DNA of 64,000 nucleotides from a bacterium (GTDB taxonomy: Bacteria > UBA10199 > 2-02-FULL-44-16 > JAAZCA01). Below the pieces are notes generated by a model. It had not been told where the DNA came from, ran no database searches, and was given only the letters and a program-made list of their open reading frames with translations. Every line of letters begins with the position of its first letter. The first letter of the stretch is position 1. The stretch lies in assembly GCA_963674695.2 (NCBI GenBank), contig CAXXGI010000001.1, positions 96,001 through 160,000 of the forward strand, written 5' to 3'. Positions 40,820 to 52,002 of the stretch are shown piece by piece. The position numbers were made by a program, and so were the translations under genes.

Positions 40820-40842
40820 CTCGTGACTCGTGACTCGTGACT
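40815..40842. repeat. Heptamer array (CGTGACT)x4
   Basis: The first unit supplies the TGA stop of the upstream gene. Confidence 0.85.
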
Positions 40843-40860
40843 CGCAAGACAAAAGATCGT

Positions 40861-40937
40861 GTTGCCGCGAGGGGAAAAGAGAAACCATTTTTACAGATTC
40901 ACCGGAGAAATGATTTCTCTTTTCCCCGGGAGGCAAC
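40861..40937 (+). other. Conserved long hairpin motif, copy A
   Basis: GTTGCC-GCGA-GGGGAAAAGAGAAA...TTTCTCTTTTCCCC-GGGA-GGCAAC. Confidence 0.65.
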
Positions 40938-40971
40938 CTTGGAACTCGTCATTCGTGAATAGAGGTTCTTG

Positions 40972-42169
40972 ATGAAACATTTCTCCGTTGTTCTCATCAT
41001 CATGGCGCTGCTCGTCGCTCCCCCCCGCGGCGGCCAAGAAGAAGATCACGATGCCGACCGCGCGCGCGGTCTTCCATAACAACCAGGGCATCACCCTTCT
41101 CGACCGAGGAGACGTGAACGCAGCCGAGCTGGAGTTCAAGACCGCCATCGAGCTCTCACCGCAGTATGTGGAGGCCCATAACAACCTCGGCATCGTCTAC
41201 AAGATGAAGGGACAGCTGGACCTCGCCGGTGAGCAATTCCGCAAGGCGATCGAACTCGATAAAAAATACGCCCAGGCCTACAGCCATCTGGGCGCGACCT
41301 ATCTCGCTCAGGGATCGGCGGATGACGCCATCAAGGTGATTAAAAAGGGGCTCAAAAAAGACAGCACGGTCGCCGATGCCCACTATAACCTGGGGCTGGC
41401 CCTCTGGCAGAAAGCCGAAAATAAACCCCAATCGAAATACACCGAAGAGGCGATCGAAGAACTCGTGAAGGCGACCGAGCTCAACCCCCAGCTCACCGCT
41501 GCCCATCGCCTGCTCGCCGATCTCTACAACCGCCGCAATGAGTTGGAGAAGGCCTCCATCCGGCGACGCCTGGCCCTCGGCGACAAGCCGTTGTCGGTCA
41601 CCGACTGGGTGCGTCTGGGAAACACCTTTCTGGAACGCAACGATCCGATCAAGGCGCAGAACTGTTTCCTCAAGGCGCTCGAGATCAACCCCGAATCGGC
41701 CGAGGCCCACATGGGGCTGGGGATGTACTATCTCGCTGAGAACCAGAACGAGAAGGCCGTCGTCGAATTCAAGAGCGTGACCACCCTGACGCCAAACGAT
41801 GAATGGGGCTGGTTTCGCCTGGGCACGGTCTACCTCACGATGGGAAAGTTCAACGCAGCCGCAACAGCGCTCAAACGAGCGAAGGCCGCAAACCCTGCGC
41901 TCGCTGACCCCTCCTTTAATCTGGGCTTGACAATGCTCAAGCAGGGCAAGACACTCGAAGCAATCGCCGAGTGGGAACACACGATCGCCATCGCTCCCGA
42001 CAACGCGCGTGCGCTCTACAACCTGGCCAATCTCTATCAGCACCAGGGCCGAACTGCAGAGGCCATGCCGCTCTATTGTCGCTTCGTCAAGAATGCGGGA
42101 AACGAGTATCCCACGGAGAAGGCAATCGCGGAAAACGTCCTGAAGGCAAACAAAGCGAAGTGTAAATAG
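40972..42169 (+). CDS. Secreted multi-TPR protein with a +1 frameshift in a C7 tract
   Basis: About 10 TPRs in frame 40988-42169. The signal peptide from ATG 40972 joins this frame if 41020-41026 is C6. Confidence 0.8.
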
Positions 42170-42194
42170 GGTCTGCCGGAAAAAGAGTTTTTGT

Positions 42195-42264
42195 TGTCAT
42201 TCCCGAGGAATCGGGAATCCCGAAGTACTTGAAAAATCGAGATTCCCGCCTCCGCGGGAATGAC
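42195..42264. repeat. TGTCAT-tagged REP-like doublet
   Basis: TGTCATTCCCGAGGAATCGGGAATC...GATTCCCGCCTCCGCGGGAATGACA. Confidence 0.85.
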
Positions 42265-42309
42265 AAAAGTCGTTAAAACCGCCTTTTCCCGACAGGTTAT
42301 GAATATCAT

Positions 42310-43359
42310 ATGGCACGATTGATCATCACCAAACGCGGTACGGATGAAAACTGGACGCACGACTGCATGGAAGATGTCATCTCCATCGGTCGGCTCGACC
42401 GCAATATCGTCCAACTGCGTGCGACCGGCGTCTCTCGTCAACATGCCGAGATCCGCCATGGCGATGACCTCCTCTTCTTCATCGACTTGGGCAGCGGCAA
42501 CGGCAGCTACCTCAACGGCATGCGTCTGGAGCCGCAGGAGAAGAATCTCCTGCAGCACGGCGACATCATCAGCATCGACGCCTTCGACCTGCGCCTCCAG
42601 ACGGAAACCCTTGCTGAATTAGCCACCCCGGATGAGGAAGTCACCGAAAGCGACATCCTGGAGGTGAAACTCCTCAAGAAGGTGCTCACCGCTTTCGACA
42701 AAGAGATGGTTCCCTCGCTCGAAGTGCTCAACGGTTCCGCCGAGGGCAAGCGCATCGCTCTCACCGACGGGATCACCGAAATTGTCATCGGCCGCGACCC
42801 CGACTGCGACTTCCCGATCAACGAATACGTCACCTCACGCCGACATGCCAAGGTCATCAAGCGCTGGGGCGGCATCTCCATTCGCGACCTCGAAAGCAAG
42901 AACGGCACGTTCCTCAACAACCGCCGCGTGGTGGAGGAATATCTCCACGATGGCGACCGCATCGCCCTGGGCACGATCGTGCTCATGTTCCGCAATCCGC
43001 AGGAGATCAACGTGGCCGCCCTGGAGCCCGCGCGCCCGAAGTATGCGCCGGCCCCCGTCACGCCGCAGGAGATCGAGGGGCTCGCGGGAGAAGGCGAAGC
43101 GTTCGATGAGGAAGAATATGCCGAGGATGAGGGGGAAGCGCCCAGCCTCGAAGAGGACGCGCAGGAAGAGGAAGCGAACGCCCTCGAGGAGTGGGATGAA
43201 CTCGAGAAAAGTATTTCCCGGCAGGAACCCTATCCGGAACCCAGGGCCAAGGCCTCCATCCTCGGTCGGATGACCCCGGTCGAGATCGGCATGATCGGCC
43301 TGGGCGCACTCGTCATCATCTTCGCCGTCATCACCATCGTCAACCTCCTGATGGCGTAA
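42310..43359 (+). CDS. Tandem FHA-domain protein with acidic linker and C-terminal TM anchor
   Basis: Two FHA motifs (IGR..VSRQHA..DLGSGNGSYLNG and IGR..TSRRHA..DLESKNGTFLN). Confidence 0.88.
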   Translation: MARLIITKRGTDENWTHDCMEDVISIGRLDRNIVQLRATGVSRQHAEIRHGDDLLFFIDLGSGNGSYLNGMRLEPQEKNLLQHGDIISIDAFDLRLQTETLAELATPDEEVTESDILEVKLLKKVLTAFDKEMVPSLEVLNGSAEGKRIALTDGITEIVIGRDPDCDFPINEYVTSRRHAKVIKRWGGISIRDLESKNGTFLNNRRVVEEYLHDGDRIALGTIVLMFRNPQEINVAALEPARPKYAPAPVTPQEIEGLAGEGEAFDEEEYAEDEGEAPSLEEDAQEEEANALEEWDELEKSISRQEPYPEPRAKASILGRMTPVEIGMIGLGALVIIFAVITIVNLLMA

Positions 43360-43389
43360 GCAAAGCACACCTCAGCAGCGAAAAACACC

Positions 43390-44766
43390 TTACTCCGGGC
43401 GACCCCTCATCAATCCGAGTGAAGCGGCCACACTCCGGAGTCCTCGGGCCTTTTTCATGAGGGCATCATGAGCCCTTGTTCCCGCGAGCATTTCGGTCCG
43501 GCGCGCGTAGGATTCATAGAACTGCGGCGCCAATGCGGTCAGCCCCAAGAGCAATCGATCGAGCACAGTAACGTCTTCCTGGACGACATGAGCACGATCG
43601 CGCATCTTTGGCAGCGCATCCACCATGCCATCGACCTCGTCCCAGAAGAGCTGCAGGGCAGCACTTTCACCGTTGTTGTGTGCGGGAAACAACAGCTCAT
43701 TATCGTTCGCTGGATGAGGCACACGCATCGTTGCTTTTCGAATCTCACCGACCAGCGCCATGCGTTCGTCATAATCCCCATGGCCATAATCGACCATCAC
43801 CGGCCACCCCGCATTCTCCGGCGCCAGCTCATGCCGATGCCCGGCGGCTTTAAGAGCCCGCTGCACATATCGTTCCCCCATGTGTTCGGCGACAAATGCC
43901 GAGAGTTCGCGTTTTTCATCCGCGTGTTTCCTCTGCGCACTCGCCGCCCAGGCATTCGCACGCCGCTTGAGTATGCCATACCGTCGACCGACGGAATCGA
44001 GCATGAGCAGAATGCGCGCTTGGGTCAGCCGCGCACCGTGAACATCACCCTCATCAAACATCCGGTGCAACCTCGCCACCTCCGTTATACTGACCGTGGA
44101 CAACAACGCATCTGTCGCCGCCTCCATGGCCTGCATCAGGATGCGCTCATCGATATCTTCGTGCAGGGCCAGCTTCGCCTCAGCATCCAGAATAAGGTCA
44201 ACGGTCGGACGTAAACTCTGAGCGAGAGCCTCGTCGAACCACGCCTCCTTCCACATTTCCTGAGAAAACCCCTCATCAGCGAAAGCATAGATCCATTCGC
44301 CCATCCATGAACCGACCTGCAATCGAAACATCACATCATAGACGGGACCGAACTTCCCGATCACCCCTGGCGTCCGCCCGTTCATCAACCGACGTGAAAT
44401 GTGAGACAGGAAGGCAAGCTGCTCAGAAGGATATTGAAAATCGGTCCGCATCGTTTTCTGCATACCGGCAATCCATCGCCGACTACCGCCAATCTGCGCC
44501 TGATCCGCCATCAACGCATAGGCGCGCCGGCGGGGAAGATCGTTCACGACCTCCGGCTTACGCACCGGCTCATCCAACAGCATCGGAGTAAAGAGCGAGA
44601 CCACCCCCTGTACATCCGCATGCGGAATGTAATTGGGATCGACGGTCACATAGCTATCGAACTGCGTCTCCATCCCCTGCATCGGCGCATACGCCCATGG
44701 ATCCATGAGGGCACTCACCCCCGGACCCGCGTTCGCGAAAAGAGCGGACTGAATTGCGTAACACAT
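43390..44766 (-). CDS. Hypothetical protein (458 aa), no signal peptide
   Basis: GAGGAGG RBS. Helical, with no recognisable motif. Directly downstream of sctV. Confidence 0.7.
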   Translation of the reverse strand: MCYAIQSALFANAGPGVSALMDPWAYAPMQGMETQFDSYVTVDPNYIPHADVQGVVSLFTPMLLDEPVRKPEVVNDLPRRRAYALMADQAQIGGSRRWIAGMQKTMRTDFQYPSEQLAFLSHISRRLMNGRTPGVIGKFGPVYDVMFRLQVGSWMGEWIYAFADEGFSQEMWKEAWFDEALAQSLRPTVDLILDAEAKLALHEDIDERILMQAMEAATDALLSTVSITEVARLHRMFDEGDVHGARLTQARILLMLDSVGRRYGILKRRANAWAASAQRKHADEKRELSAFVAEHMGERYVQRALKAAGHRHELAPENAGWPVMVDYGHGDYDERMALVGEIRKATMRVPHPANDNELLFPAHNNGESAALQLFWDEVDGMVDALPKMRDRAHVVQEDVTVLDRLLLGLTALAPQFYESYARRTEMLAGTRAHDALMKKARGLRSVAASLGLMRGRPE

Positions 44767-44900
44767 ATTCCCTCCTCGACAGCATCATCCGCATCGGTGC
44801 GGCAAGTGTTTTTCGCATGAACGAAGAAAATGTTGCGGGCGAAAACAATGATGATGAAGAGAAAATGGTAACCACGGTTATCGAACGGCGAGGGAGGCGA

Positions 44901-47066
44901 TCACACCGCCGCCATGGCAGCATCGAGGACTTCCTGGGGGAGCCCCACGCGGGCGATCGGCTGGATGCGCAGGTTTTCGGAGAGTTCCTGATAGGAGAGC
45001 ACGGAGAGCTGCGGAAATTCCAGCTCGACGATCTTGCGGAAGTAGCGGCGAATCTCGGCGGTCGTGAGGATGACTGGCGGACGCGCGCCCGGCGGAAAGG
45101 GATGGCTGGCGATCTCCTTGCCGACCGCCTCGACGATCTCCTGGGTGACCTCCGGCTCGAGCGCGAGGTAGTTCCCCTTCTCGGTGCGGCGGATCGCGTT
45201 CTTCACCATGTCCTCGATCTCGGGATCGAGCAGATAGACCGCGAGCGTGTTCTGTGCTCCAGCATATTTATGGGTGATATAGCGCTTCATCCCCGCGCGC
45301 ACGTGCTCGGTGAGCATGAGCGTGTCGCGCTCGATCTCGCCCCACTGCGCGAGCGTTGCAAAGATGGTCTTCAGGTCCCGGATGGCGACGTCCTCCTGCA
45401 CGAGTCGCTGCATGATCTCCGAGAGCTGCATCAGCGTAATCACCTTCGGGACCAACTCTTTCACGAGCGCCGGATGGCTCTTCTCGAGCTCCGTCAACAT
45501 CGTCTGCACCTCCTGGAGCCCCAGGAACTCGTGCGAATGTTTCCGCAGGACATAGGAGAGATGCAGGATGAGATATTCGGCGACGTCCCACATGCGAAAT
45601 CCCGCCTGGGTGGCGACATCCTTGTACTCCTCGGAGATCCAGGTCACGACCGAACCGTCGATCGGATGGATCGTCTCGGTGCCATTGACATTGAAGAGCT
45701 GGAGTTGCTCGAGCGGCTCGCCGACGAGGATGTGCCCCTGCATCACCTTGCCATGCGCGACGGGCACCTCGTTGATGTTGATGACATACGCCTCCGGCTC
45801 CATGTCGACCGTCTGGCCGCGCACCTGGATGCCGGGGAAGTTGACCCCCAGCTCGTAATAGAGGCCGTGACGCAGGAGCGGAATCAGCTCGTTGATGAAG
45901 CGCCCGCCGTCCTGCGAATCGTCGACGAACGGGATGATGGCGTTTCCCACCTCCATGGAGATAGGGCTGGGCATGATGAAGGGCAGCACATCACCGTGTT
46001 TCTTCACCGCTTTCTTCACCGCCTCCTGCTTGGGCGACTCCATGATCTCCTGCACGACCTTCTGCTTCGATTTGATGAGATAGGCGGCAATCACTCCCAC
46101 CACGACCGACATGATGATAAAGGGAATTTTCGGCAGACCCGGAACCACCGCCATCAATCCTAAGATGACCGACGCGATGATGAGTGCCTTCGGATAGGCG
46201 GTCATCTGCGTCACCATGTCGCGACCGAGATTGGACCCCTCGGTCTCGGAACGAACACGCGTAACCACGATACCGGCGGAGACCGAGATGATGAGCGCCG
46301 GGATCTGCTGTACGAGACCATCACCGATGGTCAGCAAGGAGTAGGTGCGAATCGCCTCCCCAAATTCAAGCCCGCGCATCGCCACGCCGATAATGAAACC
46401 ACCGAGGATGTTGATGATCGTCACGATCATGCCCGCGATCGCGTCGCCCTTCACGAACTTCATCGCACCGTCCATGGCGCCGTAGAGCTGGCTCTCGCGA
46501 TGCAGCACCGAACGACGATCGATGGCCTGTTCCATGTTGATGATGCCGGCGCGCAAATCGGCGTCAATCGACATCTGTTTTCCCGGCATGGCATCCAGGG
46601 TAAACCGCGCCGCCACCTCGGAAACGCGCTCGGCGCCCTTGGCGATCACGATGAAGTTGACCAGCGTGATGATAATGAAGAGCACGCCACCGACGACGTA
46701 GTTTCCCTGCACAACGAAGGAACCGAAGGCGCGCACCACCTCGCCCGCGTCCGCGCGCGAGAGAATGAGCCTGGTCGTCGAGATGTTGAGCGAAAGGCGA
46801 TAGAGCGTGGCCACGAGCAGGATCGTCGGAAAAGAGGCGATCTTGAGGGCATCGCTGATGTAGAGAGAAACGAGAAGGATGACGACGGCGAGCGTGATCT
46901 GGATCGTGAGCAGGATGTCGACGAGAAACGTCGGCAGCGGAATCACGATCATCGCAATGACCGCCACCACGAGTGCGGCGAGCACCACGTCGCTGTAGCG
47001 GGTGATCAAGCCATTGAGATTGCCGAGTTGCAACCCACCGCTACCGGGGGCCGGCTGTGTAGCCAT
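44901..47066 (-). CDS. sctV: Type III secretion export gate, SctV/LcrD type (FHIPEP family)
   Basis: GAERVSEVAARFTLDAMPGKQMSIDADL. YGAMDGAMKFVKGDAIAG is the SctV-like variant (FlhA typically has GASKFVRGD). Ends VLSYQEL. Confidence 0.88.
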   Translation of the reverse strand: MATQPAPGSGGLQLGNLNGLITRYSDVVLAALVVAVIAMIVIPLPTFLVDILLTIQITLAVVILLVSLYISDALKIASFPTILLVATLYRLSLNISTTRLILSRADAGEVVRAFGSFVVQGNYVVGGVLFIIITLVNFIVIAKGAERVSEVAARFTLDAMPGKQMSIDADLRAGIINMEQAIDRRSVLHRESQLYGAMDGAMKFVKGDAIAGMIVTIINILGGFIIGVAMRGLEFGEAIRTYSLLTIGDGLVQQIPALIISVSAGIVVTRVRSETEGSNLGRDMVTQMTAYPKALIIASVILGLMAVVPGLPKIPFIIMSVVVGVIAAYLIKSKQKVVQEIMESPKQEAVKKAVKKHGDVLPFIMPSPISMEVGNAIIPFVDDSQDGGRFINELIPLLRHGLYYELGVNFPGIQVRGQTVDMEPEAYVININEVPVAHGKVMQGHILVGEPLEQLQLFNVNGTETIHPIDGSVVTWISEEYKDVATQAGFRMWDVAEYLILHLSYVLRKHSHEFLGLQEVQTMLTELEKSHPALVKELVPKVITLMQLSEIMQRLVQEDVAIRDLKTIFATLAQWGEIERDTLMLTEHVRAGMKRYITHKYAGAQNTLAVYLLDPEIEDMVKNAIRRTEKGNYLALEPEVTQEIVEAVGKEIASHPFPPGARPPVILTTAEIRRYFRKIVELEFPQLSVLSYQELSENLRIQPIARVGLPQEVLDAAMAAV

Positions 47067-47148
47067 AGACGTACTCCTCCGACGAAAAGCCCGCCCACTC
47101 TACCATATAACTCAAGGGAATCAAAGGGGATATCCGCGCATCGCGAGC

Positions 47149-49830
47149 CTACATCCCGCAGCACTTCTTGTATTTCTTGCCGGAGCCACAGGGACAGGGA
47201 TCATTTCGGCCCACCTTTGGCATGTCGCGCTTGACCGTCTCCTGGCGATGACCGGAATCGCCACGCGTCTCGGCGGGTGCGGACTTCTCGAACGCGTTGA
47301 TCTCGTCGTGCCCCATGCGCACTGCTTTCGGTTGCGAACGAGTTGCCTCGGCAGCGCGCTTCACACTGTCTTCGGTGGTGATCTGGACGCGGAAGACCTT
47401 CTCCACGACATCGCTGGTGAACCGGTTCATCATCTCGCCGAAGAGCATGAACCCCTCTTTTTTGTACTCGAGGAGCGGGTCGCGCTGGCCATAGCCCCGC
47501 AGACCGATGCCCTCTTTGAGGTGATCCATCGAGAGGAGGTGATCCTTCCAGAGGGAATCGAGCGTCTGCAACAGGAGGATCTTCTCGATCCGTCGCATGA
47601 TCTCCGGCCCGTTTACCTCTTCGCGCTCGGCATACTTGATGTCGACCAGATCGTAGAGGTGCTTGCCCAGCTCCTCCTGCGTGCGATGGTGCTGCGAAAT
47701 CTCCGTAATGTCGAAGGCGATGTTGAACGCGCCGAGGAGCCCTTCCTCCAGCGGCTTCGGGTCGAATTTTTCGTCGATACGCTCCGGAACGCAGCTGTCG
47801 ATGATCTCGGTGAGCTTCTGGTCGATCATGTCCATGACCATGTCCTTGTTGCTGGCATTGGTCAGGAGATCGCGGCGACGGCCGTAGACCGTCGTGCGCT
47901 GCTGGTTCATGACGTCATCGAATTCGAGCAGGTTCTTACGGATCTGAAAGTTGTGCCCCTCGACCTTGCGCTGCGCGTTGGCGATGGCGCGCGAGAGCCA
48001 CGGGTGTTGGATCTCCTCGTCCTCCTCCATGCCCATGCGCTCCATGAGCGATGAGATGCGCTCGCCACCGAAGACGCGCAACAGATCGTCCTCCAGCGAG
48101 AGATAGAAGCGGGTGCTGCCCGGATCGCCCTGACGACCGGCACGCCCGCGCAGCTGGTTATCGATGCGGCGGCTCTCGTGTCGCTCAGTGCCGAGGATGC
48201 GAAGTCCACCGGCTTCGAGGACCTCCTTCTTCTCCGCGGCACAGACCTCCTTATAGGTCGCCAGCAACCGCTGATATTCCGGTGATTCCTCATCCGCATC
48301 GGCCAAATCCGCTCGCGTGAGGAACTCGGGGTTTCCGCCCAACATGATGTCGGTGCCGCGTCCGGCCATGTTCGTGGAGATCGTGACCGCCCCTTTTCGC
48401 CCCGCCTGCGAGACGATCTCGGCCTCGCGAACGTGATGTTTGGCGTTGAGCACATGATGCGGCACGCCGAAACGCCCCAACATCTTCGAGAGCAGTTCCG
48501 AGCGTTCGATCGAGATCGTACCGACGAGCGCCGGCTGTCCCTTCTCGTGCAGCTCGCGGATTTCCTCGATGACGGCATTGTTCTTGGCCGCTTCGGTCTT
48601 GTAGATCATGTCCGGCTCGTCCTCGCGGACCATGGGCATATGCGTCGGAATGACCATCACCTCGAGGTTGTAGATCTTGGCAAACTCCTCCGCCTCGGTG
48701 TCGGCCGTACCCGTCATGCCGGAGAGTTTCTCATACATGCGAAAAAAGTTCTGAAAGGTGATCGTCGCCAACGTCTGATTTTCGTTCTCGATGCGGACAT
48801 TTTCCTTCGCCTCGACCGCCTGATGCAGGCCGTCGGACCAACGCCGCCCCGGCATGAGGCGCCCGGTGAATTCGTCGACGATGACCACCTCGCCGTCGTT
48901 GACGACATAGTCGACATCCCGCGTGAAGAGCGCGTGCGCACGCAGCGCCTGGTTGACGTGATGTAAAATATTGATGTTGGCGGGATCATAGAGGTTGGTA
49001 ATGCGCAGGCGATTTTCCACCTCGGCCACACCCTCATCGGTGAGAACGACCGACTTGGACTTCTCATCGAGCGTATAGTGGTTGTCCTTCTTGAGATACG
49101 GAACGATGCCGTTGATGACGTAATAGAGTTCGGTCGACTGCTCGGCCTGACCGGAGATGATGAGCGGCGTGCGCGCCTCATCGATGAGCGCTGAATCGAC
49201 CTCGTCGACAATACAGTAGTGCAGCGGACGCTGCACGAACTGGCTCGCATCGAACTTCATGTTGTCGCGCAGATAGTCGAATCCGAACTCGTTGTTCGTG
49301 CCATAGGTCACATCCGCGCCATAGGCCGCCATCCGCTCCTCGTCGGAAAGCCCGTGAACGATCACGCCGACATCGAGCCCCAGAAAACGATAGACCTTTC
49401 CCATCCAGGCCGAATCGCGCCGAGCCAAATAGTCGTTGACCGTCACGACGTGCACGCCCTTGCCGGTGAGCGCGTTGAGGTAGACCGCAAGCGTGGCCAC
49501 GAGCGTCTTGCCCTCACCCGTCTTCATCTCGGCAATCTTTCCCTCGTGCAAAACGATACCGCCGATGAGCTGCACATCGAAGTGGCGCATGCCCAAAACG
49601 CGACGCGACGCTTCGCGCACGACCGCAAAAACCTCGGGAAGGAGATCGTCGATCGTCTCCCCTTTTTTTAACCGTTCGCGAAAGATTCCCGTCTTGGCCT
49701 TGAGCCCTTCGTCATCGAGTTGTTCCATCTCGGGTTCGAACGCGTTGATCTGCTCGACCATCGGAGCCATGCGCTTGAGTTCGCGCTCGTTGTGCGTCCC
49801 GAAGAGTTTTTTCATAATCATCGAAATCAT
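47149..49830 (-). CDS. secA: Preprotein translocase ATPase SecA
   Basis: [36 protein letters not shown] and SEC-C motif [18 protein letters not shown]. Confidence 0.98.
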   Translation of the reverse strand: MISMIMKKLFGTHNERELKRMAPMVEQINAFEPEMEQLDDEGLKAKTGIFRERLKKGETIDDLLPEVFAVVREASRRVLGMRHFDVQLIGGIVLHEGKIAEMKTGEGKTLVATLAVYLNALTGKGVHVVTVNDYLARRDSAWMGKVYRFLGLDVGVIVHGLSDEERMAAYGADVTYGTNNEFGFDYLRDNMKFDASQFVQRPLHYCIVDEVDSALIDEARTPLIISGQAEQSTELYYVINGIVPYLKKDNHYTLDEKSKSVVLTDEGVAEVENRLRITNLYDPANINILHHVNQALRAHALFTRDVDYVVNDGEVVIVDEFTGRLMPGRRWSDGLHQAVEAKENVRIENENQTLATITFQNFFRMYEKLSGMTGTADTEAEEFAKIYNLEVMVIPTHMPMVREDEPDMIYKTEAAKNNAVIEEIRELHEKGQPALVGTISIERSELLSKMLGRFGVPHHVLNAKHHVREAEIVSQAGRKGAVTISTNMAGRGTDIMLGGNPEFLTRADLADADEESPEYQRLLATYKEVCAAEKKEVLEAGGLRILGTERHESRRIDNQLRGRAGRQGDPGSTRFYLSLEDDLLRVFGGERISSLMERMGMEEDEEIQHPWLSRAIANAQRKVEGHNFQIRKNLLEFDDVMNQQRTTVYGRRRDLLTNASNKDMVMDMIDQKLTEIIDSCVPERIDEKFDPKPLEEGLLGAFNIAFDITEISQHHRTQEELGKHLYDLVDIKYAEREEVNGPEIMRRIEKILLLQTLDSLWKDHLLSMDHLKEGIGLRGYGQRDPLLEYKKEGFMLFGEMMNRFTSDVVEKVFRVQITTEDSVKRAAEATRSQPKAVRMGHDEINAFEKSAPAETRGDSGHRQETVKRDMPKVGRNDPCPCGSGKKYKKCCGM

Positions 49831-49912
49831 GGAACCACCATCCTTGCTGACAAAAAACCCGATCGCTTCCAACCGCGACCGGGCTTGTGTTTCATGCCTG
49901 CGGCTTCCTCCG

Positions 49913-50899
49913 TCAGAGGCTGCCGGCCAGATAGAGCCGCGGATCGACGGGAACGCCGTCCATGCGCACTTCATAGTGCAAATGCGGCCCCGTGCTGCGA
50001 CCCGTATTGCCAACCGCGGCAATGATCATCCCGCGCTTCACGTGCTGCCCCTCGGCGACGAAGAGCGAAGAGCAGTGACCATAGACCGTGGTGAGACCGT
50101 AACCGTGATCGACCATCGCCGTGCGACCGTAGCCACGCTTGTATCCGGTATAGGTTACCACGCCATCTCCCGGCGCCATGATGGGGGTCCCGGTCGGTGC
50201 GGCGACATCGATCCCGGCATGCCGGCGACTGCCACGACCACCCCAATGGCGACGCGCGCCAAATTCGGAGGTCACCCAGCCCTGCGTCGGCCACGCGGTG
50301 GGCAACGACGCCCAGAAGAAGATGCGATCCTGTTCACGCGCAAAGACCGCATGGATACGTTCTTCCACGCGGTCGCTCTTCTGCGAAAGTTTTTCGAGCG
50401 AAAGATTGAGCCCTGCGGTAAACGATTTCGAAAAAGGAGAGGTCCACGTTCCCTCACCCCGACTCAACATCGCCACGGAAGGAACCGATTGCTGCGGAAG
50501 CGGAAGCCAATTTTCCTCGTCGACCGGCCCGACACCGACGCCCTTTTCCCCATCGACATTGACGGTCGCCTCGATCTTAGCAGCAAAGCGCTGCGTGCGA
50601 GCCACCTGCGACTGGAGCTCCGCCAACCGACCCAGGAGTGCCGCGCGTTCGCGCATATATTTTGCAGCCTCGACCCGTACCTGCTCGGTCGATCGATAGG
50701 CGCTCCGATAAGAAAAAAGTGCGACGACGCTCGCCGCGATGAGGAAGGCGGTCACGCCAAGCACGCTGACGATTCCCACCATCGCTTTTCGAGAGACATC
50801 ACACCGGCGAACGTTCGAACGGTTCCGCGGAATGACCAGGATGCTAAACCGCTCAGCCGGCTTTCTTTTCGGGTCGGTTCGTACCAAGGGACCTCTCAC
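49913..50899 (-). CDS. M23 family metallopeptidase
   Basis: TM plus coiled coil, HAGID and [13 protein letters not shown]. Confidence 0.92.
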   Translation of the reverse strand: MRGPLVRTDPKRKPAERFSILVIPRNRSNVRRCDVSRKAMVGIVSVLGVTAFLIAASVVALFSYRSAYRSTEQVRVEAAKYMRERAALLGRLAELQSQVARTQRFAAKIEATVNVDGEKGVGVGPVDEENWLPLPQQSVPSVAMLSRGEGTWTSPFSKSFTAGLNLSLEKLSQKSDRVEERIHAVFAREQDRIFFWASLPTAWPTQGWVTSEFGARRHWGGRGSRRHAGIDVAAPTGTPIMAPGDGVVTYTGYKRGYGRTAMVDHGYGLTTVYGHCSSLFVAEGQHVKRGMIIAAVGNTGRSTGPHLHYEVRMDGVPVDPRLYLAGSL

Positions 50900-51058
50900 G
50901 CTGAAATGAATTTCGAAAGAAAATCAAAACGTTGAGACTGTTATACGATTCGTAACACAGCGTTTGAGGGCTGTCAACACTGCGAAAACGATACAACGCA
51001 TTGATATTATTGGGATTTCATTGGCAACCCCGAGAGGAGCCAAAAGGAGCCTAATTTC

Positions 51059-51883
51059 CTACAGTTCCATCGTCGTGTCATCGCCACCGGGGAGGTCGGC
51101 ATCGTCGGTCACTTCCCCCTCGGCGATCGCGTCGATGCGGATGAGCACGACCGTGATATTGTCATCGCCCCCGCGCTCGTTGGCCAGGTCGATGAGCCGA
51201 CGGCACGCGGCCTCCGGTTCGTTCACCAGGATCACATCGCGCATCTCGGCATCGGTGATCATGTTGGAGAGGCCATCGGAACAGAGCAGAAACTGATCGT
51301 CGACTCCCAACGCGCGAATCTCGATGTCGGCCTCGACATCCTCCTGAAACCCAACCGAACGGGTGATGATATTCTTCAGGCGATGCGTGCGCGCGTCCTC
51401 CTCGGTCAGGAGCCCTGCACGAATCTGCTCACCGACGAGCGAATGATCGCGCGTAATCTGAGCGATCTCACCTCCGCGCACGCGATAGACGCGGGAGTCG
51501 CCGACGTTGGCGACATAAGCCTTGCCGTCGCGAATGAGCATGCCCACCGCCGTCGTGCCCATGCCGCGCAGGCTGGGATCGTCCTGAGCCGTATCGTGAA
51601 TGCGTTTGCTGGCCAACCGAACCGCATAGCGGAAATACCCCGAGAAATCTCCGGGTTTGATATGGTTTCCTTCCTGCAGGGTGGTTTCGGGATCCTCTTC
51701 GAGCAGCTCGATCATTTCGCCGATCGTCTGAACCGCGATGCGACTGGCAAAATCGCCACCGAGATGGCCGCCCATGCCGTCTGCCACGAGAAAGAGCCCC
51801 AGCTCCTCATTGACGAGAAAGCTGTCCTCGTTCTTTTCGCGCCGTTTGCCAACATCGGTCATTCCACACGATCTGATCTGCAT
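51059..51883 (-). CDS. PP2C-type Ser/Thr phosphatase (Stp1/PrpC-like)
   Basis: RREKNED, VADGMGG, NVGDSR, LCSDGL and GGDDNIT. Confidence 0.95.
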   Translation of the reverse strand: MQIRSCGMTDVGKRREKNEDSFLVNEELGLFLVADGMGGHLGGDFASRIAVQTIGEMIELLEEDPETTLQEGNHIKPGDFSGYFRYAVRLASKRIHDTAQDDPSLRGMGTTAVGMLIRDGKAYVANVGDSRVYRVRGGEIAQITRDHSLVGEQIRAGLLTEEDARTHRLKNIITRSVGFQEDVEADIEIRALGVDDQFLLCSDGLSNMITDAEMRDVILVNEPEAACRRLIDLANERGGDDNITVVLIRIDAIAEGEVTDDADLPGGDDTTMEL

Positions 51884-52002
51884 TCAAACTCCAGGAAGAA
51901 AATAGCCTCTCCCGCCCAACCCATCGGGATGACGGTTTTCGACGGAATTAAAATAATAGAATGAAATCATACATCTGAAAAGGGAAATCTGGGGACTCCC
52001 CT

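Noticed and set aside
44901-47066. Flagellar flhA
   Set aside because: Motif variants are SctV-like and no flhB/flhF neighbours are present. A phylogeny is still needed to settle it.
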